Positions 29,277 to 40,434 are shown, counted from the first letter of the whole stretch. The stretch is 62,855 nt of DNA, filler included, from Candidatus Woesearchaeota archaeon (GCA_018221205.1; 8 parts of 8 records of this genome joined end to end with filler, not necessarily neighbours in it), one strand, 5' to 3'. Numbers and translations: made by a program. Notes: generated from the sequence alone by a model not told the origin.

Positions 29277-29867
29277 AACGGCGAAAAGATGTCAAAAAGC
29301 AAGGGCAATTTCTTCACTTTGAGAGATCTACTAAAGAAAAAATACGACCCGTTAGCCATAAGATACGAGTTACTAGCAACCCATTACCGGCAGCAGATGG
29401 ATTTCAGAGAAAAAGACCTAGAAAGTGTAAAAAACACCTTAAAAAAATTCAAAGAACTATTCATAACTCTAGAAAATGTCAAAGGACAAGGCCATAAGAA
29501 AGTAACAAAGCTGGTAGAAGACGTAAAATATGATTTTGAAGCTAGCTTAGACGACGATCTGAACATCGCAGGCGCGTTAGCAGCAATCTATTCCTTCATC
29601 AGAGAAATCCATAAGATATCAGAACAATTATCTAAAGAGCAGGCAGAAGAGATAAAAGAAACCTTGCTGAAATTCAACGACGTTCTAGGAGTCATGACAG
29701 TAGAGAAGACAGACATCCCTCATGAGATAAAGAGACTGGCAGAACAACGGCAGAAAGCACGAGAACAAAAAGACTGGCAGAAATCAGATGAATTACGGGC
29801 GATCATAAAGCAGAAAGGCTATTCTATAGACGATACAAAAGAAGGATACATAATAAAGAAAATATAA
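29277..29867 (+). CDS. cysS: Cysteine--tRNA ligase, C-terminal part (5' end lost in gap)
   Basis: NGEKMSKSKGNF, THYR, DDDLN, C-terminal R..AR..KDW..SDELR. Confidence 0.93.
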   Translation, partial: NGEKMSKSKGNFFTLRDLLKKKYDPLAIRYELLATHYRQQMDFREKDLESVKNTLKKFKELFITLENVKGQGHKKVTKLVEDVKYDFEASLDDDLNIAGALAAIYSFIREIHKISEQLSKEQAEEIKETLLKFNDVLGVMTVEKTDIPHEIKRLAEQRQKAREQKDWQKSDELRAIIKQKGYSIDDTKEGYIIKKI

Positions 29868-30776
29868 TTAAAGGTTTACCTTCATAGTTCTGACTTGAGA
29901 AGCCAAGTCTTGATAAATTGTTCTTGTTTGTTTTCTAGCATCGCCAGTCAAAAAATGGGGTTCATCCAAGGCTTCCTTGACTGCATTCCTCTCTTCTACA
30001 AGTCTTCCGAATTGGAGCAGTGGAGAGCATCCATACTTAACACCCTCTTTCAATTGGGCAACAGTATCAGGAGGCATCCAAGAATTGTCCACATGCGGAA
30101 GTTCTTTCTTTTTATTTCTGGGACCCTCTCCAATATACTCAGGCTGCTTGTTATGAGGAGTTCCATCGTTGAAAGCGACATGCCCCCTATCAACACTCCA
30201 ACCCGAAGGCGCTCCATGTTTATGGAATCTCCGTTCTAAAGTATATCCAGGATCCTGTTCAACAAATCTCCATTCATTCTCCTTCCCGTGAGCATATTGA
30301 TCAATGCGTTCACTTTTCCCATCCCATAAAGGAGCAGCATCAGCTGAAAATGCTTCAGCAGCACTTAATTCCCTATAAGTAGTTTCAGGAAAAGCAGATC
30401 CAAAGTCGAATCCAGCTATAACTTCAGCCATCTCTTTGCCGACATTATCCATCCAATTATAAGCAGCCCACGGACTAGTGAACCTGGTCACAGGAACAGG
30501 CTCTGCTTCTGCCATTGCCCGTATAACTTGCCCGGTTGCTACGTAGTCTGCAGCATCGCGTCTGTGCTCATCTCGAGATCGCAATCTCCTTCGTTTTCTT
30601 TCTTTCGCAGCCTCATGGGCTCCTAATACGGGTTCCATTTGGAATATTGGCGCCGGATCACCCACTTGACCATCAATAGATTCAGCTTCTTCAGTATTAA
30701 GTTTATGATAAAGCTCCCAAGCAAGTCCCTTATGCTTCTTCAAAGCTTCTGTATTGATATGTACTGGTTCTGTCAT
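29868..30776 (-). CDS. Hypothetical protein
   Basis: 302-aa ORF with GGAGG RBS and TATA upstream; no recognised motif. Confidence 0.7.
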   Translation of the reverse strand: MTEPVHINTEALKKHKGLAWELYHKLNTEEAESIDGQVGDPAPIFQMEPVLGAHEAAKERKRRRLRSRDEHRRDAADYVATGQVIRAMAEAEPVPVTRFTSPWAAYNWMDNVGKEMAEVIAGFDFGSAFPETTYRELSAAEAFSADAAPLWDGKSERIDQYAHGKENEWRFVEQDPGYTLERRFHKHGAPSGWSVDRGHVAFNDGTPHNKQPEYIGEGPRNKKKELPHVDNSWMPPDTVAQLKEGVKYGCSPLLQFGRLVEERNAVKEALDEPHFLTGDARKQTRTIYQDLASQVRTMKVNL

Positions 30777-30827
30777 TTTAAACCTCCACGATTATCCTAT
30801 TTCTTATATAATTTATAAATTTTTTGA

Positions 30828-31094
30828 TTATTTGCTCAGATTTCCAGCATATTCGTTTCTATAGATTTCCCTTGCAGTTGCTTGCTCTTCAGCAGAAAAA
30901 TGAGACGCATAATTCTTGGTCCCATCTCTTGTCCTGAAACAGCCATTATGGTTAAAAAGAATCGCAACAGCAATCTCAAGCCTTTCGTCAGCTATTCTTG
31001 CATCGTGTTCTTCATGTCGTCTATGGGAGCTTCTTCGCAAAGCTTCTTCTCTAGCCAAACTAGGTCTTGAAAATTCTCGGTCTCTATCATGCAT
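30828..31094 (-). CDS. Small hypothetical protein
   Basis: 88-aa ORF with TATA-like TTTATAA upstream. Confidence 0.55.
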   Translation of the reverse strand: MHDRDREFSRPSLAREEALRRSSHRRHEEHDARIADERLEIAVAILFNHNGCFRTRDGTKNYASHFSAEEQATAREIYRNEYAGNLSK

Positions 31095-31154
31095 TTTTGA
31101 TCACAATACAAGAAAAAGCAACCCACTTATAAATGTTTCTATTCATAACCACTA

Positions 31155-32765
31155 TTAAGTGACAACTTTATTGTGTTCAGGCGTCCATAGGTCGTCACCA
31201 AGGCAGGCAGCACAGGCATCATCTCTACCATAAGCTTCGAGCACTTCTTCAAGAGTCAAGAAAGCTACGCTCACTCGCGAAGGGCTGAAATCATTACCAT
31301 GGAAGACTTCATCTCTCAGCTCCCCACCATCAAACAGAAAATTCCTTCCTTCGAGGATACTCTGATCGACAAGTCCCTTGATGCGTTCCGAATCCAATGG
31401 CTCCCCTACTAGATCGATAACCCTATCTAATGAGTAGCCCAAGCCAAAGAACCGGAGTGTCAAGACATCATCGATGCCTCTGATGAAATCCTCTCCTAGT
31501 CTGTCCTGCATCCGTGCAGCGATAAGCTCATCCCTGCTTCTGATTGCCATACCATATCTACACTTGTCGATTACGGGTGCAGAAGCATTCCTGACATGCA
31601 CCTCATCCGCTCCAGAAAGCCGAAGTGCAGGGATGACTCGATAATACATGGTATCAAGCCTCACGGTGGAATCATCAACAACAACCAGTTTCCTGCTCTG
31701 GATTTCAGTAGGTTTTCCTACAAAACCTTTGGTGCCTCTCCTCTCCTCTCTGCTTCGAGCAAGAAAATGCCTGATCTCGCGGTATTTCTTCTGCAATCCG
31801 AAACTCAGCCTACTTTGTGTCCCGGTAACTCTCTTAACCTCAGCAAGATACCCTACTGCTGAATATAGCCCCCCACCCATCACAGGGACAATGGCAAATT
31901 CATCAACAGGCAGTCCTTGACTCATATCATGCCGTGCCAATATCTTTCCAGCCATCACCCTGTCATCGACGATACCTTCTCCATACACAGTAGGCACGAG
32001 ATGTTCGAGCTTAGGCCTGTTGAAATAGATCCTCTGGAATATGCACTTCTTGGAATCACCCGAGTATAACTTCCATTGATGGATGTCCTCTCCTTTCCTG
32101 AATCGAAGTAAGGTTCCTGGCTCAACCTCCTTGATATCTTCTGGTTTCGCACCCATGAGAAGCAATGACTGATCCTCAGACGCCACCACATATCCTTCCC
32201 CGATCTTTGCATAGAACAGGTCCCAGACGCCATGCGGGTCTCGAGCAGCATACAAAGTATTTTCATGCTGGACAACAAGTGAATACGTCGGCAATGCCTT
32301 GTCAAGGGCAGCGATGACCGCGTTATCGATGCTCTCTTGCTTTTTCCCTTCTTCTTCAAGAATGCTCGAGAACAGCCTCGTATCCGAGGGATTTTTATAA
32401 GGATAATCAGGGTCTGATTGAAGAACAAGATCAAACAGTCCAGTATAGTTCCACATCTGCCCATTATGGGCGACAGCAAATTTCTCTACCATTGGTTGAG
32501 GATACTGGTCTCCGCCAGAGACGACATATCTCACTTGGAACAGGCCTGCATCGCCATCCATACTATTCCTTCTATGTTCCGGAAGTGCTTTGTCGATAAG
32601 ACCTTCGCCAGTGAGCAAGTGATACTTGCCATCAAAGGTCTCCAGGCCAGCGCTATCCTGCCCTCGATGTTGTATGCCTCTGGCTCCATGAGTTAAATAT
32701 TCTCCTAGAGTCCGGAATCCCAAATCCTGGAACCGTACACCTACTTCACCGATTTCACCACACAT
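31155..32765 (-). CDS. purF: Amidophosphoribosyltransferase-like protein (divergent)
   Basis: N-terminal MCG, QHRGQDSAG, AHNG, ARDPHG, ASE, PRT motif VVVDDSTVR, C-terminal CAAC. Confidence 0.8.
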   Translation of the reverse strand: MCGEIGEVGVRFQDLGFRTLGEYLTHGARGIQHRGQDSAGLETFDGKYHLLTGEGLIDKALPEHRRNSMDGDAGLFQVRYVVSGGDQYPQPMVEKFAVAHNGQMWNYTGLFDLVLQSDPDYPYKNPSDTRLFSSILEEEGKKQESIDNAVIAALDKALPTYSLVVQHENTLYAARDPHGVWDLFYAKIGEGYVVASEDQSLLLMGAKPEDIKEVEPGTLLRFRKGEDIHQWKLYSGDSKKCIFQRIYFNRPKLEHLVPTVYGEGIVDDRVMAGKILARHDMSQGLPVDEFAIVPVMGGGLYSAVGYLAEVKRVTGTQSRLSFGLQKKYREIRHFLARSREERRGTKGFVGKPTEIQSRKLVVVDDSTVRLDTMYYRVIPALRLSGADEVHVRNASAPVIDKCRYGMAIRSRDELIAARMQDRLGEDFIRGIDDVLTLRFFGLGYSLDRVIDLVGEPLDSERIKGLVDQSILEGRNFLFDGGELRDEVFHGNDFSPSRVSVAFLTLEEVLEAYGRDDACAACLGDDLWTPEHNKVVT

Positions 32766-32811
32766 ACCTAAAGAGAAGCTTTCCAGTCTTAAAAAGCTTA
32801 CTACTGCACGA

Positions 32812-35226
32812 TTACAACTCTATCTCGCAGCCAAAACCCACATCAGAATCAGCAGAAAGCTGCTCATAATTGATCAATTCAGCCTTGGAAGCATTCTTCA
32901 GCTCTTCTTCAATAAGAGAAAACTCAGAAGCACTTAACTTCGCTTTCAAGAACATCTGTTTGATCGGCGTTTTAAGTGAAACCTTCTTCTCAGATTTTGC
33001 CCGACGAGCATGCTCTACAGCATCAATAAGCACTTGACCGATCCGTTCAGCATCCTCATCCACCATAGAAGTAGTTGGCCATGAAGAAATATGGATACTT
33101 TTCTTCTTCTCTTTGGAAGCATAGAACAAGTGATATATTTCCTCTGTTATATGCGGCATGATAGGTGCCATCATCTTAAGGACAGCTAAAAGAGTATGAT
33201 ACAATCCATATTGTGCAGATTTCCGATGATCTTTTCCTCGCCTATCAGGATTATACAATCTATCCTTCACGATCTCCAGATAATAATCGCAGAAATCCTT
33301 CCAGAAAAATTTCTCAACATCTAATTTAGTCTTGAAATACTCATACTCATCAAAGCCAGCAGTAGAATCTGCAACAATCCGACTAAGCTTACTCAAGATC
33401 CATCTGTCAGTAAGATCCAACTCCATTTTTGAGTCAGAATAATCTTCTAGATGCATAAAACAGAATTTAGAAGCATTCCATAATTTAGTAGAGAATTTCT
33501 GACCGGTAACTAAATCCTTCTCCTGGAACGGAAGATCATCTCCTAAACGGCTTCCTGCAGACCAAAAACGCAGAGCATCTGCAGAATATTTTGCAATCAT
33601 CTTCTCAGGCTCGACCACATTTCCTTTTGACTTAGACATCTTCTTTCCTTTCGGATCAAGTGCATGTCCCGAGATAACACAATCTTTCCACGGATTGACC
33701 TTATTATGTAATCTAGACTTAACAACAGTATTGAACAGCCAAAAAGTGATGATATCATGGGCTTGAGGCCTTAAACTCATAGGATACAGTTTTTTCTGCA
33801 TCTCTTCATCCTTGATCAACTCAACAGCCAACTGAGGAGTCAAAGACGAAGTAGCCCACGTATCCAGAACATCTCGTTCAGGAACAAACTCTTTGCTTTT
33901 ACATTTTGGACATTCTTTGACAGGAGGCTTGTCTTTCAGAGGATCAACTGGTAATTTTGAAGCCAAGATGACCTCATCACATTTCTTGCAATACCAGACA
34001 GGAAAAGGTACTCCAAAGAATCTCTGACGAGAGATCATCCAATCCCACTGCAATCCTTTTACCCAGTGATCATATCTATGCCTCATATGTTCAGGATACC
34101 ATGCAAGCTTCTTTCCCCAAGCAAGCATATCCTCTTTAAGATCAAGATACTTGATGAACCATTGCTTTGATTTGATGATCTCAACCTCAGTCCCACAACG
34201 TTCATGCACATTGACAACATGCTTGATAGGACGAGACTCAATTAACAATCCTTTCTCTTTCATATCAGAAAGGATTTTTTTTCGGGTCTCCACAACATTC
34301 ATGCCTTCATAAGAACCAGCAACAGATGTCATCTTACCATTCTTGCCGATAGCCATCCTGATAGGCAGCTTAAATGCTTTCTGCCATTCCATATCGACTT
34401 GATCGCCGAAAGTGCAGCACATAACAATACCAGTTCCTTTTTCAGGATCAACGCGTTTATCCTCCATGATAGGAACATCATAATCAAAAAGAGGAACTGA
34501 AGCCTTTTTCCCTTTCAGTTTATTATATCTTTTATCCCCAGGAGAATAGAACACAGCGACACACGCAGGAATAAGCTCAGGCCTAGTGGTAGCGATGACT
34601 AGATCTTCTCCATCAACTTTGAAGACAATATCATTGAACGTAGAATCTTTCTCCTTATCTTCGCATTCAACTTGAGATATACCTGTTTCACAGCGAGGAC
34701 ACCACATCGAAGGAGCATCTTTTCGATACTCTCTTCCTGCTTTATACAAGTCAATGAAACTTCTTTGGGAGATCGCTTGAGAATGCTTATCGATAGTATC
34801 ATAGAAGATGTCAAAGTCACAACTCAATCCCAGTCTTTTCATGTCTTGAACATACTGAGGTTTCAGAGTAGAATTGACAGTATCTAAACATAATTTCACA
34901 AACTCATCCCGATCCATATCTCGGGCCTTGACTTTCTTCATCTTCTCAATCAAGCGTTCAGTAGCAACTCCATTATTATCTGTGCCGAAAGGATAGAACA
35001 CGTTCTTTCCCCTCATCCTATGGTAACGGACCATATAATCTTGCTGACTATAGCTGAAAGCATGCCCGAGATGCATCTTTCCAGAGACAGTAGGAGGAGG
35101 AGTATCTACAGAATACACTTCTCTTTCCTTATCTTTGGCATCAAAAGCATAGATCTTCTCTTTTTCCCAGTACTTCTGCCACCTTTTCTCAGCTTCCTGG
35201 ACATCATAACGCTTAGGTAATTCCAT
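32812..35226 (-). CDS. valS: Valine--tRNA ligase
   Basis: DTPPPTVSG, HLGH, TTRPE, GTGIVMCCTFGD, DWMISRQR, KMSKS. Confidence 0.97.
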   Translation of the reverse strand: MELPKRYDVQEAEKRWQKYWEKEKIYAFDAKDKEREVYSVDTPPPTVSGKMHLGHAFSYSQQDYMVRYHRMRGKNVFYPFGTDNNGVATERLIEKMKKVKARDMDRDEFVKLCLDTVNSTLKPQYVQDMKRLGLSCDFDIFYDTIDKHSQAISQRSFIDLYKAGREYRKDAPSMWCPRCETGISQVECEDKEKDSTFNDIVFKVDGEDLVIATTRPELIPACVAVFYSPGDKRYNKLKGKKASVPLFDYDVPIMEDKRVDPEKGTGIVMCCTFGDQVDMEWQKAFKLPIRMAIGKNGKMTSVAGSYEGMNVVETRKKILSDMKEKGLLIESRPIKHVVNVHERCGTEVEIIKSKQWFIKYLDLKEDMLAWGKKLAWYPEHMRHRYDHWVKGLQWDWMISRQRFFGVPFPVWYCKKCDEVILASKLPVDPLKDKPPVKECPKCKSKEFVPERDVLDTWATSSLTPQLAVELIKDEEMQKKLYPMSLRPQAHDIITFWLFNTVVKSRLHNKVNPWKDCVISGHALDPKGKKMSKSKGNVVEPEKMIAKYSADALRFWSAGSRLGDDLPFQEKDLVTGQKFSTKLWNASKFCFMHLEDYSDSKMELDLTDRWILSKLSRIVADSTAGFDEYEYFKTKLDVEKFFWKDFCDYYLEIVKDRLYNPDRRGKDHRKSAQYGLYHTLLAVLKMMAPIMPHITEEIYHLFYASKEKKKSIHISSWPTTSMVDEDAERIGQVLIDAVEHARRAKSEKKVSLKTPIKQMFLKAKLSASEFSLIEEELKNASKAELINYEQLSADSDVGFGCEIEL

Positions 35227-35282
35227 GTCTCTAAGAATTGACAGAGTGTATTTAAATGTTACTTACAGAGGATTTATAAATC

Positions 35283-35621
35283 ATGATTGAATCCAAAAAA
35301 AAGATGTTAGAAAAACGTATACCTGATGAGTCAGTGGTCACATTGAGCGGGAGCGGTGCAGAAAGAAGGATGGGCGTAAAATATGGCAGTGATATCCTTC
35401 TCATTGATAAGGTAGAGAGAAAAGGCAGAGAGATGGGTGGGACATATTGGTTGCACCCCATAGACCCTTCTGTCATGAGACCATGGGACCCGATAGTAGC
35501 AGAAAGAAACGGCGATCCTGCCCATACCGAAGCCAGTCAGATCTTGAGTATCCTAAAGGACATGCGCAGAACAATGCCGAACGGATACGAAGTAAAGTTT
35601 TCTTCAGGCTATCGACCATAA
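35283..35621 (+). CDS. Hypothetical protein
   Basis: 112-aa ORF divergent from valS. Confidence 0.5.
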   Translation: MIESKKKMLEKRIPDESVVTLSGSGAERRMGVKYGSDILLIDKVERKGREMGGTYWLHPIDPSVMRPWDPIVAERNGDPAHTEASQILSILKDMRRTMPNGYEVKFSSGYRP

Positions 35622-35652
35622 ACTATAAATACCAACAAATGCTCCTTTTATT

Positions 35653-36849
35653 ATGCCGCCATTGATCAAGAAATTCTCTCCAAAAAACATAAAAGAGATT
35701 ATTGGCCAGGATGAAGCAATAAAGCAGCTGCATGAATACATTCTCAGCTATAAGAGACAGAAGAAGAAAGCAGCTTTGCTCTACGGTCCCACAGGGACAG
35801 GAAAGACTTCCTCAGCGCATGCATTGGCAAAAGAACTCAATTTAGAGATCTATGAACTGAATGCATCAGATTTCCGCAATAAAGAGCAGATCAATCAAAA
35901 GCTAGGGGCTGCCATCAACCAGCATTCGTTGTTCTCAAAAGGAAAGCTCATCTTAGTGGATGAGATAGATGGATTGTCAGGAAGAAAAGATAGGGGCGCA
36001 GTGCAAGAGGTCATAAGGCTCATGGAAAAAAGCACTTTTCCGGTTATTTTGACTATCGAAAATCCTTATGACCATAAATACTCCAAGATCAGATCGAAAG
36101 CGATCATGATCGAGTACAATCCAGTTGAGGTGAAAGACATAGCAGCGCATCTTGAAAAGATAGTCAAGAAAGAAAAACTTTCAATAAAAGAAGATGTCCT
36201 GAAATCAATAGCAAGAAAAGCAGGAGGAGACTTGAGAGCAGCGATAAACGACTTAGAGATACTCTCCTCATTGAAAGATATCACCCTGAAATCACTCGAA
36301 GATCTCGGCATGAGGGAAAAAGAAGATACTATAATCAACGCTTTAATAAAAATCTTCAAGACAACCGACCCAAAAATCGCCATAAGGGCTTTCGACACAG
36401 TAAATGAGGACTTCAATCAAAGGATGCTCTGGCTCGACGCAAATCTCCCTAAGGAATACGAAAGACCAGAGGATTTGGCAAGAGCATACGATAAATTATC
36501 AAAAGCAGACATCTTCAACAGAAGGATAAGAAGGTGGCAGCACTGGAGATTTTTAGTCTATATCAACGCACTCATAACAGCAGGCATAGCAGTCTCAAAA
36601 GATAAAAAATACGAAAAATTCGTCCAGTACAAGCCGACTGGAAGGATATTGAAGCTATGGTGGGCAAAGCAGAAATCGATGAAAAAGAGGGCAATAGCAG
36701 AACGCATAGCCCATCTCACCCACACCTCGATAAAGAGAGCGATCCACACCATCCCTTATTTCCAGGCCATGTACAAGAAAGACCCCATGGAAAATCTGAC
36801 CGATTATCTCGAATTAGACAAGGAACAGGTGGCTTGGCTCAGGAAGTAG
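35653..36849 (+). CDS. rfcL: Replication factor C large subunit
   Basis: GPTGTGKT, ELNASDFR, LVDEIDG, GDLRAAINDL. Confidence 0.93.
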   Translation: MPPLIKKFSPKNIKEIIGQDEAIKQLHEYILSYKRQKKKAALLYGPTGTGKTSSAHALAKELNLEIYELNASDFRNKEQINQKLGAAINQHSLFSKGKLILVDEIDGLSGRKDRGAVQEVIRLMEKSTFPVILTIENPYDHKYSKIRSKAIMIEYNPVEVKDIAAHLEKIVKKEKLSIKEDVLKSIARKAGGDLRAAINDLEILSSLKDITLKSLEDLGMREKEDTIINALIKIFKTTDPKIAIRAFDTVNEDFNQRMLWLDANLPKEYERPEDLARAYDKLSKADIFNRRIRRWQHWRFLVYINALITAGIAVSKDKKYEKFVQYKPTGRILKLWWAKQKSMKKRAIAERIAHLTHTSIKRAIHTIPYFQAMYKKDPMENLTDYLELDKEQVAWLRK

Positions 36850-36887
36850 CCAAAATGTTTAAAAAGCATCTTTGAAACTGATTTCTC

Positions 36888-38275
36888 ATGACACTTTCGA
36901 TAGAGGATATGGCCGCATTCTGCAAAAGAAAGGGTTTTGTCTACCCTTCAGCAGAGATATATGGAGGCATTTCAGGATTCTTTGACTTCGCTCACTTAGG
37001 GGTAGAATTAAAGAATAACATCAAGAGAGAATGGTGGCTTTCCCATGTTCACCAGAGAGAGGATATCGTCGGCATTGACGGCGCTATAATCACCAATCCA
37101 AAAGTCTGGCAAGCCTCTGGCCATACAACGGAATTCGAAGATCTCATGCTCACCTGTAAAAAATGCAGAGACAAGCTGAGAGCAGACACCTTTATTGAAG
37201 ACACGCTAAAAATCTCAGCAGACAATCTGACTGAAGACAGGATAAATGAATTAATAGAAAAAAAAGGCCTGAAATGCCCGAAGTGCAAAGCTGATTTCGA
37301 GCCTATTGAACATTTTAACTTGATGTTCTCCACAACAGTCGGAGCAAAAAGCCAACTAAAATCATACTTAAGGCCAGAGACAGCCCAACTCATCTTCACC
37401 AATTTCAAATTAGTAGCAGATAATGCCAGATTGAAACTTCCTTTCGGCATCGCGCAAGTAGGAAAGGCTTTCAGGAATGAGATTTCGCCAAGAGATTTTA
37501 TCTTTAGAAGCCGAGAGTTTGAGCAGATGGAGATAGAATATTTTATCCATCCCAAAAAGACACAAGAGTGCCCTTTTCTCAATGATTTCATGGATTACGA
37601 ACTACAGATCTATTCAGCAGAGATGCAGGAGAAGAAAGACAAGCCGAAAGATATGAAGATCAAGGATGTCCTGAAGAAAGGCATCATAAAGACAGCCTGG
37701 CAGGGCTATTGGTTGGCTTTTGAACATAGATGGTTCATAAACCTAGGCGCAAAAAAAGAAAATTTCAGGATAAGGCAGCATACCAAAGAGGAGATCTCTC
37801 ATTATGCAGAAGACACATGGGATCTGGAGTATAAATTCCCTTTCGGCTGGAAAGAGCTCCAGGGAATCTCAAACAGGACTGATTTCGACTTGAAACAGCA
37901 CATAAAGCATTCAAAGAAAGACCTCTCGATCTTCGACGAAGAATCCAAAGAGAAGGTCATCCCTTATGTCATAGCCGAACCTTCATTAGGGGTAGAACGT
38001 TCCTTTTTAGTCTTCATGTTCGACGCATACAATGATGATAAGGAACGAGGAAACGTCGTCTTGCACTTATCTCCAAGATTGGCCCCGGTCAAAGTGGGGA
38101 TATTTCCATTGGTCAACAAGCTGAAAGACGACGCAAAGAAAGTCTATGATAATCTAAAAGCACAGTTTACTTGTTTCTTCGACTCTTCAGGCTCGATCGG
38201 CAGAAGATATGCCAGAGCAGATGAATCCGGCATTCCTTTTTGCGTCACGATAGATTTTGATTCTTTGAAAGACAA
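36888..38275 (+). CDS. glyS: Glycine--tRNA ligase (3' end lost in gap)
   Basis: YLRPETAQ, GKAFRNEISPR, REFEQME, SIGRRYARADE. Confidence 0.96.
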
Positions 38276-38420
38276 NNNNNNNNNNNNNNNNNNNNNNNNN
38301 NNNNNNNNNNNNNNNNNNNTTAATTAATTAANNNNNNNNNNNNNNNNNNNNNNNNNNNNNNNNNNNNNNNNNNNNCAGAGAATCAATAACTTTTTAAGAG
38401 ACTATTTCTTCTTATTTCAT

Positions 38421-38984
38421 ATGATAATCGCGATAACAGGAAACATCGGCTCAGGAAAATCAACAGCTGCAGCCCTGTTCGAGAATTATGGCAGAGAAAT
38501 ACTTCGCGCAGATCTGATCGGCCATGAGATGTATCATAGGGAAGATATCAAAGGGGCTGTCATCAAGAGGTTTGGAGAAAAGATATTGACAGATGGAGAG
38601 GTTGACAGGAGAAAGCTAAAAGAGATTGTCTTCAGTGACCCTGATGAATTGAAAGCGCTCAATGCGATAGTCCATCCGGAGATAGTCCAATACATCTCGC
38701 AGAAAGCAAAAGAATTCACTCATGTGGTTGTAGAGGGAGCATTGCTCATCGAAGCAGGCTTTAAAGACCATGATGTGATGATTTTATTGACTATTGATAA
38801 GGATATCCAGATAAAACGTCTGCTCGAAAGGGGAAAATATAATAAAGAGGAGATACTTAACATCATCGCTGCCCAGATGCCGCAAGAAGACAAGATAGCC
38901 TATGCAGATTATGTTGTTGACAATTCGGGCACGGTAGAAGAATTCAAAGAAAACCTCATCAAGATCATCAGGAGTTTAGAATGA
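38421..38984 (+). CDS. coaE: Dephospho-CoA kinase (bacterial type)
   Basis: ITGNIGSGKST, AD.IGH, DRRKL..IVF, LNAIVHP, QMP. Confidence 0.92.
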   Translation: MIIAITGNIGSGKSTAAALFENYGREILRADLIGHEMYHREDIKGAVIKRFGEKILTDGEVDRRKLKEIVFSDPDELKALNAIVHPEIVQYISQKAKEFTHVVVEGALLIEAGFKDHDVMILLTIDKDIQIKRLLERGKYNKEEILNIIAAQMPQEDKIAYADYVVDNSGTVEEFKENLIKIIRSLE

Positions 38985-39463
38985 AGATAGGCATATACCC
39001 AGGAAGCTTTGATCCCATCACCATGGGCCATATCGATGTCATCGAAAGAGCCTTGAAGATGTTCGATAAAGTCATTGTCGCTGTAGGAGAGCATACAGAT
39101 AAGAAATGCCTCTTCCCTAAAGACAAGCGCATCGAGATGATTAAAGAGGCTTTGGATGAGAAGAATATTGAAGTAGAATCTTTTTCTGGATTGGTCATCG
39201 AGTACGCGAAAAAGAAGCAGGCAACTGCTTTGATCCGTGGTTTGAGAGCAGTTTCAGATTTCGACTATGAATTCCAATTCGCTTTGATGAACAGGAAACT
39301 TGATTCTGATATCGAGACCATATTCATCATGACGCGCGGCATGTACTGCTACTTATCTTCTTCAATTGTCAAAGAAGTCGCCTCGTTAGGCGGTAAATTG
39401 AAAGACTTAGTGCCTGAGAATGTTGAAAAAGAGATGAAAAATATTTATTCTGCCAAGACATAG
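38981..39463 (+). CDS. coaD: Phosphopantetheine adenylyltransferase (bacterial type)
   Basis: YPGSFDPITMGH, RGLRAVSDFDYE, SSSIVKE. Confidence 0.95.
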   Translation: MKIGIYPGSFDPITMGHIDVIERALKMFDKVIVAVGEHTDKKCLFPKDKRIEMIKEALDEKNIEVESFSGLVIEYAKKKQATALIRGLRAVSDFDYEFQFALMNRKLDSDIETIFIMTRGMYCYLSSSIVKEVASLGGKLKDLVPENVEKEMKNIYSAKT

Positions 39464-40434
39464 GCAAAAATCAACGGCGCGACAATGGTTGCATCGCTTT
39501 CTATCACAAATTTGGGCGTTTTCTCGTCTAATTTTCCCCAGGTGATCTTCTCATTCGGAACAGCTCCTGAATAGCCGCCATAAGAGGTAACGGCATCTGA
39601 GATCTGACAGAAATAACCCCAGTAAGGCACTTCTTCAAACAGATCCTGAATTATCAAAGGCACAACACAGATAGGGAAATCGCCAGCAATGCCTCCTCCG
39701 ATCTGGAAAAAACCGATTGAGCTGTCACAGTTTTTCTTATACCAATGAACTAAAGATTCCATCACTTCCAAACCCGATTTGACACAGGAAAAACTTTTGA
39801 TATGTCCATGTGGATTTTTCGGATTCAATTTTCCGGCAACAACTTCATTTCCTAATGTAGAATCCTCCCATCCTGGAACAAAGATAGGGATATTATGTTC
39901 ACAGGCCGCAACCATCCATGAATCCTTTGGATCGATCTGATAGAATTCCTTGAGCGAACCATTCTTTATCATCTGGAACATGTATTCAAAAGGAAAGTAT
40001 CGTTCATTGTTACCATGTGCTTTCATCAGCAGTGGCCAGGAGCATTTTTCGATCCTTCTCATCGCCTCTTCTTCCGGGATGCACGTATCGGTAACCCGAT
40101 TGAATTTTGTTTCTCTCAATTTCACTTCATCAGCCGGACTCAAATCACGGTAATGAGGTATCCTTTTGTAATGATCATGCGCAACAAGGTTGAAAAGATC
40201 TTCCTCAAGGTTTGCACCTGTGCACGTGATGGCATGAACCTTCCCTTGCCTGATCATCTCCGCTAGTGTAATGCCTAATTCAGCAGTGCTCATGGCCCCT
40301 GCTAAAGTGATCATCATCTTTCCTCCTTTTTTGATATGCTTGACATAGGCTTCTGCAGCATCAACAACTGACGCAGCATTGAAATGTCGATAATTGTGCT
40401 TTATGAATTCCTTAACAGCATTGAAATCGTTCAT
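39445..40434 (-). CDS. Deoxyhypusine synthase-like protein (bacterial-type, putative homospermidine synthase)
   Basis: TLAGAMSTAELG, GANLEED, GGGIAGDF, SYGGYSGAVPNEKITWGK, DAT. Confidence 0.85.
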   Translation of the reverse strand: MNDFNAVKEFIKHNYRHFNAASVVDAAEAYVKHIKKGGKMMITLAGAMSTAELGITLAEMIRQGKVHAITCTGANLEEDLFNLVAHDHYKRIPHYRDLSPADEVKLRETKFNRVTDTCIPEEEAMRRIEKCSWPLLMKAHGNNERYFPFEYMFQMIKNGSLKEFYQIDPKDSWMVAACEHNIPIFVPGWEDSTLGNEVVAGKLNPKNPHGHIKSFSCVKSGLEVMESLVHWYKKNCDSSIGFFQIGGGIAGDFPICVVPLIIQDLFEEVPYWGYFCQISDAVTSYGGYSGAVPNEKITWGKLDEKTPKFVIESDATIVAPLIFAYVLAE

